DNA of 64,000 nt from Waddliaceae bacterium (GCA_963783885.1 CAWAPJ010000029.1:32001-96000), one strand, 5' to 3'; numbered from the stretch's first letter, positions 28,936-38,218 are shown. Numbers and translations are program-made. The notes: generated by a model from the sequence alone, not told the origin.

Positions 28936-30444
28936 ATGACAGTTCGCGTTCGTATCGCTCCCTCTCCTACGGGCGACCCGCATGTGGGAACAGCTTTTAT
29001 GGCCCTTTTTAATCTGATTTTCGCGCGTCATCACGGGGGGCGGTTTATTCTTCGCATTGAAGATACCGACCGGTCGAGGAGCCGGACTGAATATGAAGAA
29101 AATATTTACAAATCGCTTCATTGGTGCGGGATCCATTGGGATGAGGGGCCCGATGTCGGCGGCGGCTTTGGCCCCTACAGGCAGTCCGAGAGGATGGAGA
29201 TGTACAAAGAGTATGTCGACAGGCTTCTTAAAGAAGACAAAGCCTACAAATGCTACTGCACTGCCGAAGAACTGGCGGAGAGGCGCCTCGTTCAGGCGAA
29301 TAGGGGAGGACGGCAGGGATATGACCGCCGCTGCCGCAATTTAAGCGATCAGGAAAGGCGGGCGTTCGAAGAGGTCGAGAGGCGCCCTTATGTTGTGCGG
29401 ATGAAGACGCCGCTTACGGGCGAGTGCGTATTTGAAGATGCCATTAAAGGGCGCATCACAACCCCTTGGCCTGATATCGACGACCAGGTCCTTTTAAAAT
29501 CCGACGGCTTTCCCACTTATCACCTCGCCAATGTTGTCGACGACCACCTGATGGAAATCACTCATGTGATTCGAGGAGATGAGTGGATCAGTTCCACCCC
29601 CAAGCATATCTTCTTGTATCAGGCCTTTGGATGGGAGGCGCCGGTCTTTATGCACATGCCCCTTTTGCTGGGGATGGACGGCAAAAAGCTCTCCAAGCGG
29701 AAGAATCCGACTTCGATCTTTTTCTATCGGGACTGCGGGTACCTGCCTGAAGCTTTTATGAATTTCATGACTTTGATGGGATACAGCATGCCCGGGGATC
29801 TTGAAATTTATTCCCTCGAAGATATTATTAAAGATTTTGACCCTAAGAGGATTGGGGTTTCAGGGGCGGTTTTCGATGTCAAGAAGCTTGACTGGATCAA
29901 TCAGCAATACCTCATCAAAAACATCCCGGAAGAAGAGCTTTGGGGCCGCATTCGGGATTGGGGCTTTAACGATGATTTTATGCAAAAGCTGATGCCTTTG
30001 GTTCATTCAAGGATCAAGACATTCGGAGACTTTATCAAACTCTGCGATTTTTTCTTTATCAACGACTTAGACTATACTCCCGAACTTTTTCAGGTGAAGA
30101 ATTTGACTCCTCCCCATGCGGCGATGATTCTTCAGGCTATGATCTGGCATCTTGAAGAAAATGAAAACTGGACAAGCGAGGGGATGAACCTCGCCTCGCG
30201 GGATGTCGCCGAAATTTTTAGCGTCAATCATAAAAAAGTCGTCATGCCGCTATTGTTTGCCAGTTTAATGGGCAAAAAACAAGGGCCTCCACTCTTTGGT
30301 TCAGTTCCCTTGCTGGGAAAGGACCGTACGCGGGCACGCCTTTTAAAGTCGATAGAATTTTTGGGCGGCATCTCCAACAAAAAGCTGAGTGAATTAAGAA
30401 AGGGATGGGACCATAAAAATTGTTCGAATTTAATTGCAGATTAA
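28936..30444 (+). CDS. gltX: Glutamate--tRNA ligase
   Basis: [34 protein letters not shown]. Confidence 0.97.
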   Translation: MTVRVRIAPSPTGDPHVGTAFMALFNLIFARHHGGRFILRIEDTDRSRSRTEYEENIYKSLHWCGIHWDEGPDVGGGFGPYRQSERMEMYKEYVDRLLKEDKAYKCYCTAEELAERRLVQANRGGRQGYDRRCRNLSDQERRAFEEVERRPYVVRMKTPLTGECVFEDAIKGRITTPWPDIDDQVLLKSDGFPTYHLANVVDDHLMEITHVIRGDEWISSTPKHIFLYQAFGWEAPVFMHMPLLLGMDGKKLSKRKNPTSIFFYRDCGYLPEAFMNFMTLMGYSMPGDLEIYSLEDIIKDFDPKRIGVSGAVFDVKKLDWINQQYLIKNIPEEELWGRIRDWGFNDDFMQKLMPLVHSRIKTFGDFIKLCDFFFINDLDYTPELFQVKNLTPPHAAMILQAMIWHLEENENWTSEGMNLASRDVAEIFSVNHKKVVMPLLFASLMGKKQGPPLFGSVPLLGKDRTRARLLKSIEFLGGISNKKLSELRKGWDHKNCSNLIAD

Positions 30445-30470
30445 TGATTTAATTTTTTATTTATTAGTTA

Positions 30471-30992
30471 ATGATAACAATCCCCAATATTTTGTCTCTG
30501 CTGAGGATTCCCTTGGCTCTGGTCTTCTTTCAACAGAATGTTGTTTTGCGGGCTGTTGTCGTTCTTCTTGCGCTCTGCAGTGATGGGCTCGATGGTTATA
30601 TTGCAAGGCATTATAGGCAGACATCCCGTTTGGGGACGGTTCTCGATCCTTTAACCGATCGTTTTTTCGTGATTGTGGCCGTTTCCGTCTTTTATACTGA
30701 AAACCGGATTCAGGCATGGCAGGTCGCGGCGATGTTTTGCCGGGATTTTTCCATTTTGCTATTCGGGTTTTATTTGTTTCTTAAAGGGTCGCTCGCAGAG
30801 TATTATTTGCGCGCCATCTGGTGCGGTAAAGTGACAACGGTCGTTCAGCTTGCCGTCCTCCTTAGCTTGGTACTGAACCTTTTTGTCCCCAATATCGTTT
30901 ATTATATCCTGATCGCCCTTGGCGCTTTGGCGCTTATCGAACTGGCAATATCCAGCCCTCGCATCAAAGAGGAGGCTTCCCGGTTAAGGTAA
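30471..30992 (+). CDS. pgsA: CDP-alcohol phosphatidyltransferase (PgsA-like)
   Basis: TIPNILSLLRI, DGLDGYIAR...G..LDPLTD. Confidence 0.85.
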   Translation: MITIPNILSLLRIPLALVFFQQNVVLRAVVVLLALCSDGLDGYIARHYRQTSRLGTVLDPLTDRFFVIVAVSVFYTENRIQAWQVAAMFCRDFSILLFGFYLFLKGSLAEYYLRAIWCGKVTTVVQLAVLLSLVLNLFVPNIVYYILIALGALALIELAISSPRIKEEASRLR

Positions 30993-31398
30993 AGGGGGTC
31001 ATCAGGAGGTTGTCTTGGTTCTGCTCAATTTGAAAATTTTCAGGCGTTGTGATCATATTGGGCTTTGTCACATTTTCGCTCAGGTTCGAAATTGCCCATA
31101 AAGCGGCGATTTTACTGCATTCGTTCCAGTGCTTGACCCACTCATAGGGCTTGCTGCTGATACATGACACCGCATACCCTACAGGAAACATCAGGCAGCT
31201 TGTTGCATATTCGCCAAAGCCCACTCCCGCTAAAAGCGTGAAAGCTCCTTCGCACTTGACGACAGTCCAAACTGGAGGGAATTTTTTATATTTGTCTCTT
31301 TGAGTAATCCAGTTCTCCTCCTGGCCTTGGGGATTTCTCCATATGATTAATTTAGTTTGCAACCAGGCAGATAAGGAATCTGAAAAGTAATGAATCAT
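30964..31398 (-). CDS. Hypothetical protein
   Basis: ATG at 31398 with AAGGAG RBS just after the rsmB stop; central hydrophobic stretch. Confidence 0.6.
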   Translation of the reverse strand: MIHYFSDSLSAWLQTKLIIWRNPQGQEENWITQRDKYKKFPPVWTVVKCEGAFTLLAGVGFGEYATSCLMFPVGYAVSCISSKPYEWVKHWNECSKIAALWAISNLSENVTKPNMITTPENFQIEQNQDNLLMTPFTLTGKPPL

Positions 31399-31408
31399 AA
31401 ATGTCTCC

Positions 31409-32590
31409 TTATTTGGATAGAACGCAGGCAAAGCCCCCATCCCAACCATCTTTGTTCGGTAATATGACCTTATGACACAAGCAATTTCCCCACAATCTTT
31501 CTTCTTTGACAAGGTTTTGATTCTCGCAGGGCAGGATGCTGCACGTCATATAGAAAACTCTGCCATGGGGTGTTAATAAATCGAGGGCATGCCTTAAGAG
31601 CTTTTTTTGAAGCGAGCGGAGTTCTTCGACGGCACAAGAGTTGAGCCTCCAACGGGCTTCAGGCCGTTTGTTGAGCACTCCCGAATTGGTGCAGGGAGCA
31701 TCGACAATGATAAGATCATAACGATCATCAGTTGAAAACGTTTCTCCACGGCTGATTGAATAGTCGGCATTGATGCCGTATTTTTCAAAATTTTCCCGTA
31801 TTTTATTCATCTTGCCTTCCGAAACATCATTGACAGTGAGTTTTGCCTGGGGATAAAGATCATGGGCAAGCAGGGCCTTTCCCCCGGGAGAGGCTGCGAG
31901 GTCTAAAATGGTCTTGGGAGGTTTTGTCAAAAAATTAGCCATTTTCCCCATGAGAAGAACTGGGGTGATGTTCTGAATATAAATATCCGGAGATTCGGAA
32001 TAGTCTTGAGGGTTTTCGATGGGGAAAACTTTTAAAGGAGAATCGCTGCCCCGCCTTAGGCGGCCCATCGTTTTGCCGGGGGTATTGCCCGCTTCCAAGG
32101 TCGCAATTGTCGTTTGAAGGCCGTATTCTACGAGAAGCTGCTGAACATAAAATTTGGTATAGGAATAACGGATGCTGAGGCTTTCGGCATCACTTCCCTG
32201 AGGCAGTCTGAACTCTGTATGGGGGATCTTCTTCAGCACGGCGTTTAAAAAGGAGGCAAACCGGACATGGCACTCTTTTTTTGCCAGCTCGACGCTCTCG
32301 TTGACAATGGCGTGCAGAGGAACTTTGTCCATTTCAAGCGCTTGATAGAGAGCAATATAAAGTAAAGCCCTCTCTTTGCGTTTCAACTTCAGGGTGTCTG
32401 AGAGTTGTTTGGCGTAGTGGTCGAGAGTTTTTTGTTTTCTCATAGCGCCGTTGGCGATTTCTTTTGCGAAACGAAGATCTTTCGAGGAAGGGGCGTCGGA
32501 TTGTTGCCAGGTCTCAAGAAATGAGGAGATAAACTGCTTTTCCCTCATAGATCCGAGAAGAGCTTTGTAGGCCGCTTCTCTTGCATTCAT
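31409..32590 (-). CDS. rsmB: 16S rRNA m5C methyltransferase (Sun/Fmu) with NusB-like N-terminus
   Basis: AIVNESVELAK and FLNAVLK (NusB-like); LDLAASPGGK, DAPCTNSG, YMTCS. Confidence 0.88.
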   Translation of the reverse strand: MNAREAAYKALLGSMREKQFISSFLETWQQSDAPSSKDLRFAKEIANGAMRKQKTLDHYAKQLSDTLKLKRKERALLYIALYQALEMDKVPLHAIVNESVELAKKECHVRFASFLNAVLKKIPHTEFRLPQGSDAESLSIRYSYTKFYVQQLLVEYGLQTTIATLEAGNTPGKTMGRLRRGSDSPLKVFPIENPQDYSESPDIYIQNITPVLLMGKMANFLTKPPKTILDLAASPGGKALLAHDLYPQAKLTVNDVSEGKMNKIRENFEKYGINADYSISRGETFSTDDRYDLIIVDAPCTNSGVLNKRPEARWRLNSCAVEELRSLQKKLLRHALDLLTPHGRVFYMTCSILPCENQNLVKEERLWGNCLCHKVILPNKDGWDGGFACVLSK

Positions 32591-33474
32591 TTTTTAGTGA
32601 TCCATTCTCTGACCACCCATTTTTGAAACCATTCCGACAGCTTGCCAGCCGAATCCTCGATCCATTCTTCATGCTCTTCTTCAAGAACCGCGCACGCTTC
32701 GTCGATAGTCGTACCCTGCTTGAAAAGATTGAGAAGAAATAATTCCGGTTCATCAATTTCTTCCCAGCACATGTTGTGTCTAAAGTTGCGGAAAAGGCAA
32801 AATGTATACCGTTTTTCTTTGTCAAGTTTCGGGAAGTCATGCTCTTCCCAATGTTCGGGCTTCTCTTCTAGCATCTCATCGCGGAACTGAAAGAGGTGAT
32901 AATTAAGGGGGAAAAGATAAATATGGGGCTGGAGGACGAGACGTTTATTGAGAAGGGAAGAGAACTCATCCGAATTAGGGAGGTCTTTTTGACTCAACGG
33001 TGGATTGTGGGGCATTAAAAAGCCGTCATTGTAGGCCAGGTCGATTGCTGCGGCGTCATAGACGAATGACTTGTCGTTGTTATGATAGTTGTTTTGGATC
33101 CAGTCAGGGAGCCGGCTCCCAAGCGGGTTTAGCGACCAGCTATCGGGAGGATGGTCCAGCAGGTAGGGCATTGCGATTGTTTGATTAAAATCGAAGTAGC
33201 CGAACATGCGTGTGACTAGAGGAAAAATATCGTGCAGAATCGACAGCAGGCGCCACCAATATTGCTGGTTGTAGATCTCGATTCTTCTATGGGATTCCAA
33301 TGTAGGGCTGGGGGTGATAAACTGCTTGGCCTCTTCTTTCATCGGCTGGCCGGAAGGCGAGAGGGGATTCATGCGGCTGTTTTCATCGATGGGGCGCGCA
33401 ATAATATTGCCAAACCACTGCTGGGTCAACTTCAGAGTGTGGGGAACTGTAGAATCAAAGATTACGTCAGACAT
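32587..33474 (-). CDS. DUF2063/HvfC/BufC-like MNIO partner protein
   Basis: RIEIYNQQYWWRLLSILHDIFP...YLLDHPP..WSL..LG..LP; overlaps the DUF692 gene. Confidence 0.85.
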   Translation of the reverse strand: MSDVIFDSTVPHTLKLTQQWFGNIIARPIDENSRMNPLSPSGQPMKEEAKQFITPSPTLESHRRIEIYNQQYWWRLLSILHDIFPLVTRMFGYFDFNQTIAMPYLLDHPPDSWSLNPLGSRLPDWIQNNYHNNDKSFVYDAAAIDLAYNDGFLMPHNPPLSQKDLPNSDEFSSLLNKRLVLQPHIYLFPLNYHLFQFRDEMLEEKPEHWEEHDFPKLDKEKRYTFCLFRNFRHNMCWEEIDEPELFLLNLFKQGTTIDEACAVLEEEHEEWIEDSAGKLSEWFQKWVVREWITKK

Positions 33475-34331
33475 TTTTTCAAAGGGGTTTTGCAGTTTTT
33501 TTCGATTGCTTTCTGAAATTTTTTCGCTTTCAGCGCTTCGTCCCAGGTTTCCTGAAAGCTCACAAAGTTATCGTCCCATTCAAGAAGAGTTGAGACGCCC
33601 CCTGTTCTTGGATAAACTTCAGCATAGATGTCCCAAACCTCATTGCGGACGTAATTATCATGGGTATCGAGAACATAGTCTCCGTGATCGGTGTGTCCGG
33701 CGATATGGATCTGGATAACGCGTTCCATCGGGATATTGTTATAATAATCTTTCGGGACAAATCCGTGGTTTCTGCTGGAAACGTAAATATTATTGACATC
33801 GAGCATCATGTAAATGTCGGCTTTTTCCACGATCGCCGAATAAAATTCCCATTCGGGCATTTCATCATCTTTGAAAGCGACATATGAAGAGAGATTTTCC
33901 AGAGCAAAGGGAAGCTCCAGATAATCCTGAACAATGCGCGCTCTTTCAGCGACATAATTGATCACTTCCCGGGTATAGGGCAGGGGGAGAAGGTCGTGAA
34001 AATGTGCCCCGGCCAGCTTTCCCCAGCAAAGGTGGTCGGATATCCAAGGGGTTTTGGTTTTAAAGGACAGTTTTTTCAGTCTTTTCAGGTAGTCGAAGTC
34101 GAGGGGATCGGGGCTCCCTATGGCTAGGGCGACGCCATGTTGGACCACGGGATACATTTCGAGGATCCTTTCGAGATTTTCGATGGGTTTTCCTCCGTCG
34201 ACCATGAAATTTTCGCTGATAATTTCGAACCAGTCAACATCCGGTTTATCCCGGAAGATGTCTTCGTAATGGGGAATACGAAGCCCTAGGCCGATACCTA
34301 GATTGGGAATCATTTTGTTTGTTTTAGCCAT
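33462..34331 (-). CDS. DUF692 multinuclear non-heme iron oxidative enzyme (MNIO; BufB/HvfB/MbnB family)
   Basis: GLGLR.PH, WFEIISENFM, HGV, SDHLCW, DLLPLP, LENLSSY, LDVNNIYV, IHIAGH, DTH, LEWD. Confidence 0.95.
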   Translation of the reverse strand: MAKTNKMIPNLGIGLGLRIPHYEDIFRDKPDVDWFEIISENFMVDGGKPIENLERILEMYPVVQHGVALAIGSPDPLDFDYLKRLKKLSFKTKTPWISDHLCWGKLAGAHFHDLLPLPYTREVINYVAERARIVQDYLELPFALENLSSYVAFKDDEMPEWEFYSAIVEKADIYMMLDVNNIYVSSRNHGFVPKDYYNNIPMERVIQIHIAGHTDHGDYVLDTHDNYVRNEVWDIYAEVYPRTGGVSTLLEWDDNFVSFQETWDEALKAKKFQKAIEKNCKTPLKKCLT

Positions 34332-34369
34332 GTCAAAAGCCTATATTAAAACAGCAATAGGAAAAGAGT

Positions 34370-34810
34370 TCAATCTGTTTGAGTTTTTTCCCTTTTTTCA
34401 GCCATTTTTTTTGCGACGAGTTTGACTGCGAGATTTTTGTCTCCGATCGCGCATTTTGTTGTTCCTTTGCATTCGCCTTTGCCGGCACAATCATTGTCTT
34501 CGGTTTTGCAGGCATTGAGTCCTTTGCACTCGTTAGCACCATTGCACCGTCTGCTGGCAACTTTCAGGGCCAGTTTTTTCCCTTCCGGCGAGAGAGACTC
34601 ATAAAGCTCTCGTCCTTTTCTATTCAGATTGAGGAACAGTTCCTGTTCGCTCATTAAATAATACCCCTCGTTTTCCGAATTGGGATCCTCTTCATATTCG
34701 TCGGCTTTACCGGCCGATGTTTCTTTTTCCTGCCCTTGCAGCGTAGGAGTCATGAATAGTCCCGAGGCTATGCCGATAATGGCCAGCTTTCCAAGATCTC
34801 TTTTTTTCAT
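34370..34810 (-). CDS. Secreted Cys-rich bufferin (BufA2)-like precursor
   Basis: ATG at 34810 with AGGAG RBS; signal MKKRDLGKLAIIGIASG; core CNGANECKGLNACKTEDNDCAGKGECKGTTKC; directly upstream of DUF692. Confidence 0.85.
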   Translation of the reverse strand: MKKRDLGKLAIIGIASGLFMTPTLQGQEKETSAGKADEYEEDPNSENEGYYLMSEQELFLNLNRKGRELYESLSPEGKKLALKVASRRCNGANECKGLNACKTEDNDCAGKGECKGTTKCAIGDKNLAVKLVAKKMAEKREKTQTD

Positions 34811-34830
34811 AACACTTCTCCTTGCCAGAT

Positions 34831-34864
34831 AAAATATGCGGCCTTTGAAAGACCGCATATTTTG
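34831..34864 (-). terminator. Intercistronic hairpin between the two precursor genes
   Basis: AAAATATGCGG...CCGCATATTTT stem, extendable through TCTTT/AAAGG with a G-U pair. Confidence 0.7.
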
Positions 34865-34900
34865 GGTTAATAGAAAAACTAAATCCTTCCCTTATGGGGA

Positions 34901-35362
34901 TTACAGGCGATATCCATAGGAACCGTTGGATCCTCCGCAGCTTCCCCTGTCTTTGCCATTGTTATGGTTGCCGCAGCTTCCCCTGTCTTTGCCATTGTTA
35001 TTGTTGTTGCTGTTGTCGTGATTTTGATATTGGTTGTCCGAATTGTCATGATTTTGGTCATTGTTTCCATTGTCATGATTTTGATCATGGCCGTTCGAAT
35101 AATTATAATTAGTTTGGCTGTAATTTCCATTGGCGTTGTCATAATCTCCGTTATAGCGTCTTGTGCGTCCGTTATTTGTGTTGTCTGCATGTGGGCGGCA
35201 TTTTTGGGGACATCCCCCTTTTGCCATTTGCTGGTTGGTTTCATTTCCGGGAATAAAATGCGATGTGTCGGCGCCTGCCTCACCGGAAACAACAAGTCCT
35301 GCAGCCATTCCCATCAATGCAAGTTTTGTGAGTCTGCTTTTTGAAAAATCTCGTTTTTTCAT
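34901..35362 (-). CDS. Secreted Asn/His/Asp-rich precursor with a GGCPQKC motif and two RGSCG motifs (putative second MNIO substrate)
   Basis: AAGGAG RBS; signal MKKRDFSKSRLTKLALMGMAAG; QNHDN repeats; 31-nt perfect repeat with 36-nt period at 34935 and 34971. Confidence 0.75.
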   Translation of the reverse strand: MKKRDFSKSRLTKLALMGMAAGLVVSGEAGADTSHFIPGNETNQQMAKGGCPQKCRPHADNTNNGRTRRYNGDYDNANGNYSQTNYNYSNGHDQNHDNGNNDQNHDNSDNQYQNHDNSNNNNNGKDRGSCGNHNNGKDRGSCGGSNGSYGYRL

Positions 35363-35398
35363 TTCGAATCTCCTTTAAGTTTTGTGATTCATAAATGA

Positions 35399-35427
35399 AC
35401 CATACTAAAGAAAAATTTATTTGTCTA
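35399..35427 (-). promoter_or_regulatory. Putative sigma70/66 promoter of the MNIO operon
   Basis: TAGACA (35427-35422), 17 nt, TATGGT (35404-35399); TTCAT-AA-ATGAA palindrome directly downstream. Confidence 0.5.
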
Positions 35428-35617
35428 CCGCATCATTTAAAATATAATATTCTGAAAATCAGATACTTAAAAATTTAAAAAGAGGAAAATGACTGTTTCC
35501 GAAACTATAAATGTCCAGGCTTTACTTTTTGGAGGATAAAAGTAATTAAGAGGTTGATTTTTAGTGAGATATCGTTTACATTTAGTTCCCTAACCTTGTA
35601 AAGGGGGCTATGTTATT

Positions 35618-36034
35618 ATGAGTTTATCTATTCAAAAAAGCGATGCTTTTGGTTTTCATACATATAATCAATTTAAAGGAAAGCTGATTTCTATTTCTAA
35701 CTCCATGGATGTTAACAATCCAATTCTGCAAGAGGCTGAAAAGAAATTTCAAAAAATTAACCTCGTAAAGAATCTCGTGACCGCCGCAGGCTATATTCCT
35801 GTAGTAGGAACTATCGCGGCTATTGCAAAGCTTGTTTTGATCAATAAGGCTGAAAAAGAAATGTCTAAAGATTCTCGTGGGAGACGATTGAAGCCGTTAG
35901 TACAAAACTACTTCACCGGGCAAAAAATCAGAAGCGGGATTGAGTTGACCTCTCTTGGCTTTCTTTTGCTTATTCCAGACATAATTTTTACTATAGGACG
36001 CAATATTGGGAAAAAGCCCGCTGAAGCTATATAG
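35618..36034 (+). CDS. Hypothetical protein with two hydrophobic segments
   Basis: 138 aa; GYIPVVGTIAAIAKL and LGFLLLIPDIIFTIG. Confidence 0.65.
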   Translation: MSLSIQKSDAFGFHTYNQFKGKLISISNSMDVNNPILQEAEKKFQKINLVKNLVTAAGYIPVVGTIAAIAKLVLINKAEKEMSKDSRGRRLKPLVQNYFTGQKIRSGIELTSLGFLLLIPDIIFTIGRNIGKKPAEAI

Positions 36035-38218
36035 TTAGCTGGAGCTGCCTTGTTCGGTTTCCTTTACAAGAAATTGGCATTGGGTTAAAAGAGGGCGATT
36101 TTGCAAATGCAAATCATCAGAATACAATAATATATCCTTTGCCCAGATTTTAGTCATTTCGTCTTTTTCTTGGATTTTTTTCATTAAATACTGATGACAA
36201 TCTTCCCGAAGGCTTGGGTCGACGGTGAAGATATTGCACCAATAGAACTGTTCCTCTACCCAGCACCTTGGGTCATTGAAGAGCTTGAAGTAATCATCGT
36301 ATTTTTCTGGTGGAATGAATTTGGCTTTACCCATCATCTCTTGTTTATTGGGGGATGATAATTCGATAGTTTTTTGGAGGAGATGAGGATAAGCTTTTTC
36401 TATGACAGTGCTGCCATAACATTTTAAGTCGCCAGTTGTGAACTTGACAGCATGAAGAAGTTCCTCAGAATGACGAATTTTTATACCTTTTAAGACTTTA
36501 AGTAATGGATCCAGGGTAAACGCAAAAGAAACGCGGCTAAGATAGTAAAAAATTTTTGGAACAGAGTCTGTATCGTCTAACAAGTCGAAAAGAGGAAAGC
36601 AATTTTCTGCAAGGGATCGGTATGCGAAAAGCTTCGCCGCACTAAATACAAAAGGGAGCTGATAATCATAAATGACATAGTTCTCCAAAAAAACAGAGAC
36701 AATTGTAATTATATCTGCCAGCTTAGGATGATTTTCAGTTTGTCGGTAAGCATTAAGCAAGTCGGCAATTTCGATTCTTTCTGATTCTCCAAGTTTGGAG
36801 AAAGTCTTCAGAAACTCATAAAAAGACTCCAATGTTTTAGTATTCGCAAGGGCACATTTAACAATTTCATATTGTTGATGCATCGGCAGTTGTAATAGAG
36901 CATTGAGATACTGTTCAAGGGGTCTTCCTCCTGGGAAGTAGAACCGCCCAAGTATCGTGGTTGCTTCCGGATTGATCTTGCCGGCCAGCCGTTTCATAAG
37001 ATCTAAAGTATTCATGATCTGAGAAGCTGTTTTACATCGGCCTGCAAAACAGGCAGCTAACTTGATCACCTCTAGAGGGTAGTCGATCAGGTTTTTGAAA
37101 ATGGAGCGTATGTCAACGCTTTCATGAATCATAAATGATCGGACAGCTTCAGAAAATCGAGGTCTGTCTTTTAAGGGTACTTTTCGAAAATCTTCGATCA
37201 AAGAGGCGGATTGACTATAAATCGAAAAGCATCTGCTTTGCTCCCTTTCTTCGGGAGGAAATTTTTCGATGGTTTGGAGAAGGTGGCAAATATACCATCC
37301 GTCCATAGAGTTATACAAAAGTTCGGCGGTATGCACCACAACATCCTCAGGATCGACTTCGCTTTTTAACTGATTAATGACTGTCATAATTTCAGCGGCA
37401 TCTCTTCCCGGCAAACGGTCATGGATCAGTTGTGATGCCAGGGCAAGTGTCTTTCGCCTTGTTTCTTTCGGCAATTTCACGGCTGCCTCGAGAAGGAAGA
37501 CGACATCGCCTCCACGCATCTTCTCACGAATGACCTTCGAAGTACTAATTTCTGAGATGACTTTTCGATTCTCCAATTGGTCGACAGCTGCCATGATTTT
37601 AGCGACATCGCTTCCAGACATACATTTATGGGTGAGTTGAGATGTCAGAGCAAGTGTATTTTTCCTTGTGCCTCTCGGCAATTTCAAGGCTGCTTTGAGA
37701 ATTTCTTTGACATCCTCTCCATTCATGTTCTGATGAATGACAGGCCGAATAGCGATTGCAGCATTGACGTTTTCTCCCGACTGGTAACCAAAAAGAATAT
37801 TCAGATTTAGAAAAAAAGATTGATAATTCCAGTGATAGTTCGGCATGTCACGAACTGCGTGGATGATAGTTTCTAAATCACCCCGTGTCATGCACATTGA
37901 GATTAATGGAGCGGCAAGATCAGCAATGGCTTTGTCTGGATTCCTTCGGTGAGACAGTAAAATCATCAACGAAAGTTGATTAATTTTAATGGTTAACTCG
38001 CATTTCTTAATTTTAGTGATGTTTCGGTTAATCAGTAGAAGGCAGTCGACATGTTCCGGGGTGAAGCTTATAGGATGATTATTTATCCATTGATCAAGTT
38101 TGTCGAAAATGCTTTGAAAATCGTTTTGAGTTTGTAGAATTCGGCTAAAATCTTCGATTTGAGTAGCTGTCGATAGTTGAAGAAGTGTTGTACCAAAATC
38201 CATGCCGGAAGTGTACAT
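36035..38218 (-). CDS. Hypothetical helical-repeat protein, paralog of 27456-28835
   Basis: 727 aa; about 35-aa units MNGEDVKEIL / MSGSDVAKIM / MRGGDVVFLL / LPGRDAAEIM. Confidence 0.7.
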   Translation of the reverse strand: MYTSGMDFGTTLLQLSTATQIEDFSRILQTQNDFQSIFDKLDQWINNHPISFTPEHVDCLLLINRNITKIKKCELTIKINQLSLMILLSHRRNPDKAIADLAAPLISMCMTRGDLETIIHAVRDMPNYHWNYQSFFLNLNILFGYQSGENVNAAIAIRPVIHQNMNGEDVKEILKAALKLPRGTRKNTLALTSQLTHKCMSGSDVAKIMAAVDQLENRKVISEISTSKVIREKMRGGDVVFLLEAAVKLPKETRRKTLALASQLIHDRLPGRDAAEIMTVINQLKSEVDPEDVVVHTAELLYNSMDGWYICHLLQTIEKFPPEEREQSRCFSIYSQSASLIEDFRKVPLKDRPRFSEAVRSFMIHESVDIRSIFKNLIDYPLEVIKLAACFAGRCKTASQIMNTLDLMKRLAGKINPEATTILGRFYFPGGRPLEQYLNALLQLPMHQQYEIVKCALANTKTLESFYEFLKTFSKLGESERIEIADLLNAYRQTENHPKLADIITIVSVFLENYVIYDYQLPFVFSAAKLFAYRSLAENCFPLFDLLDDTDSVPKIFYYLSRVSFAFTLDPLLKVLKGIKIRHSEELLHAVKFTTGDLKCYGSTVIEKAYPHLLQKTIELSSPNKQEMMGKAKFIPPEKYDDYFKLFNDPRCWVEEQFYWCNIFTVDPSLREDCHQYLMKKIQEKDEMTKIWAKDILLYSDDLHLQNRPLLTQCQFLVKETEQGSSS

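Noticed and set aside
34879..35344. Overlapping ORFs (Thr/Ile/Met-rich, poly-Cys/His, and Val/Ile-rich antisense) over precursor A
   Set aside because: Shadow frames of the Asn-rich repeat; only 35362-34901 has an RBS and the shared leader
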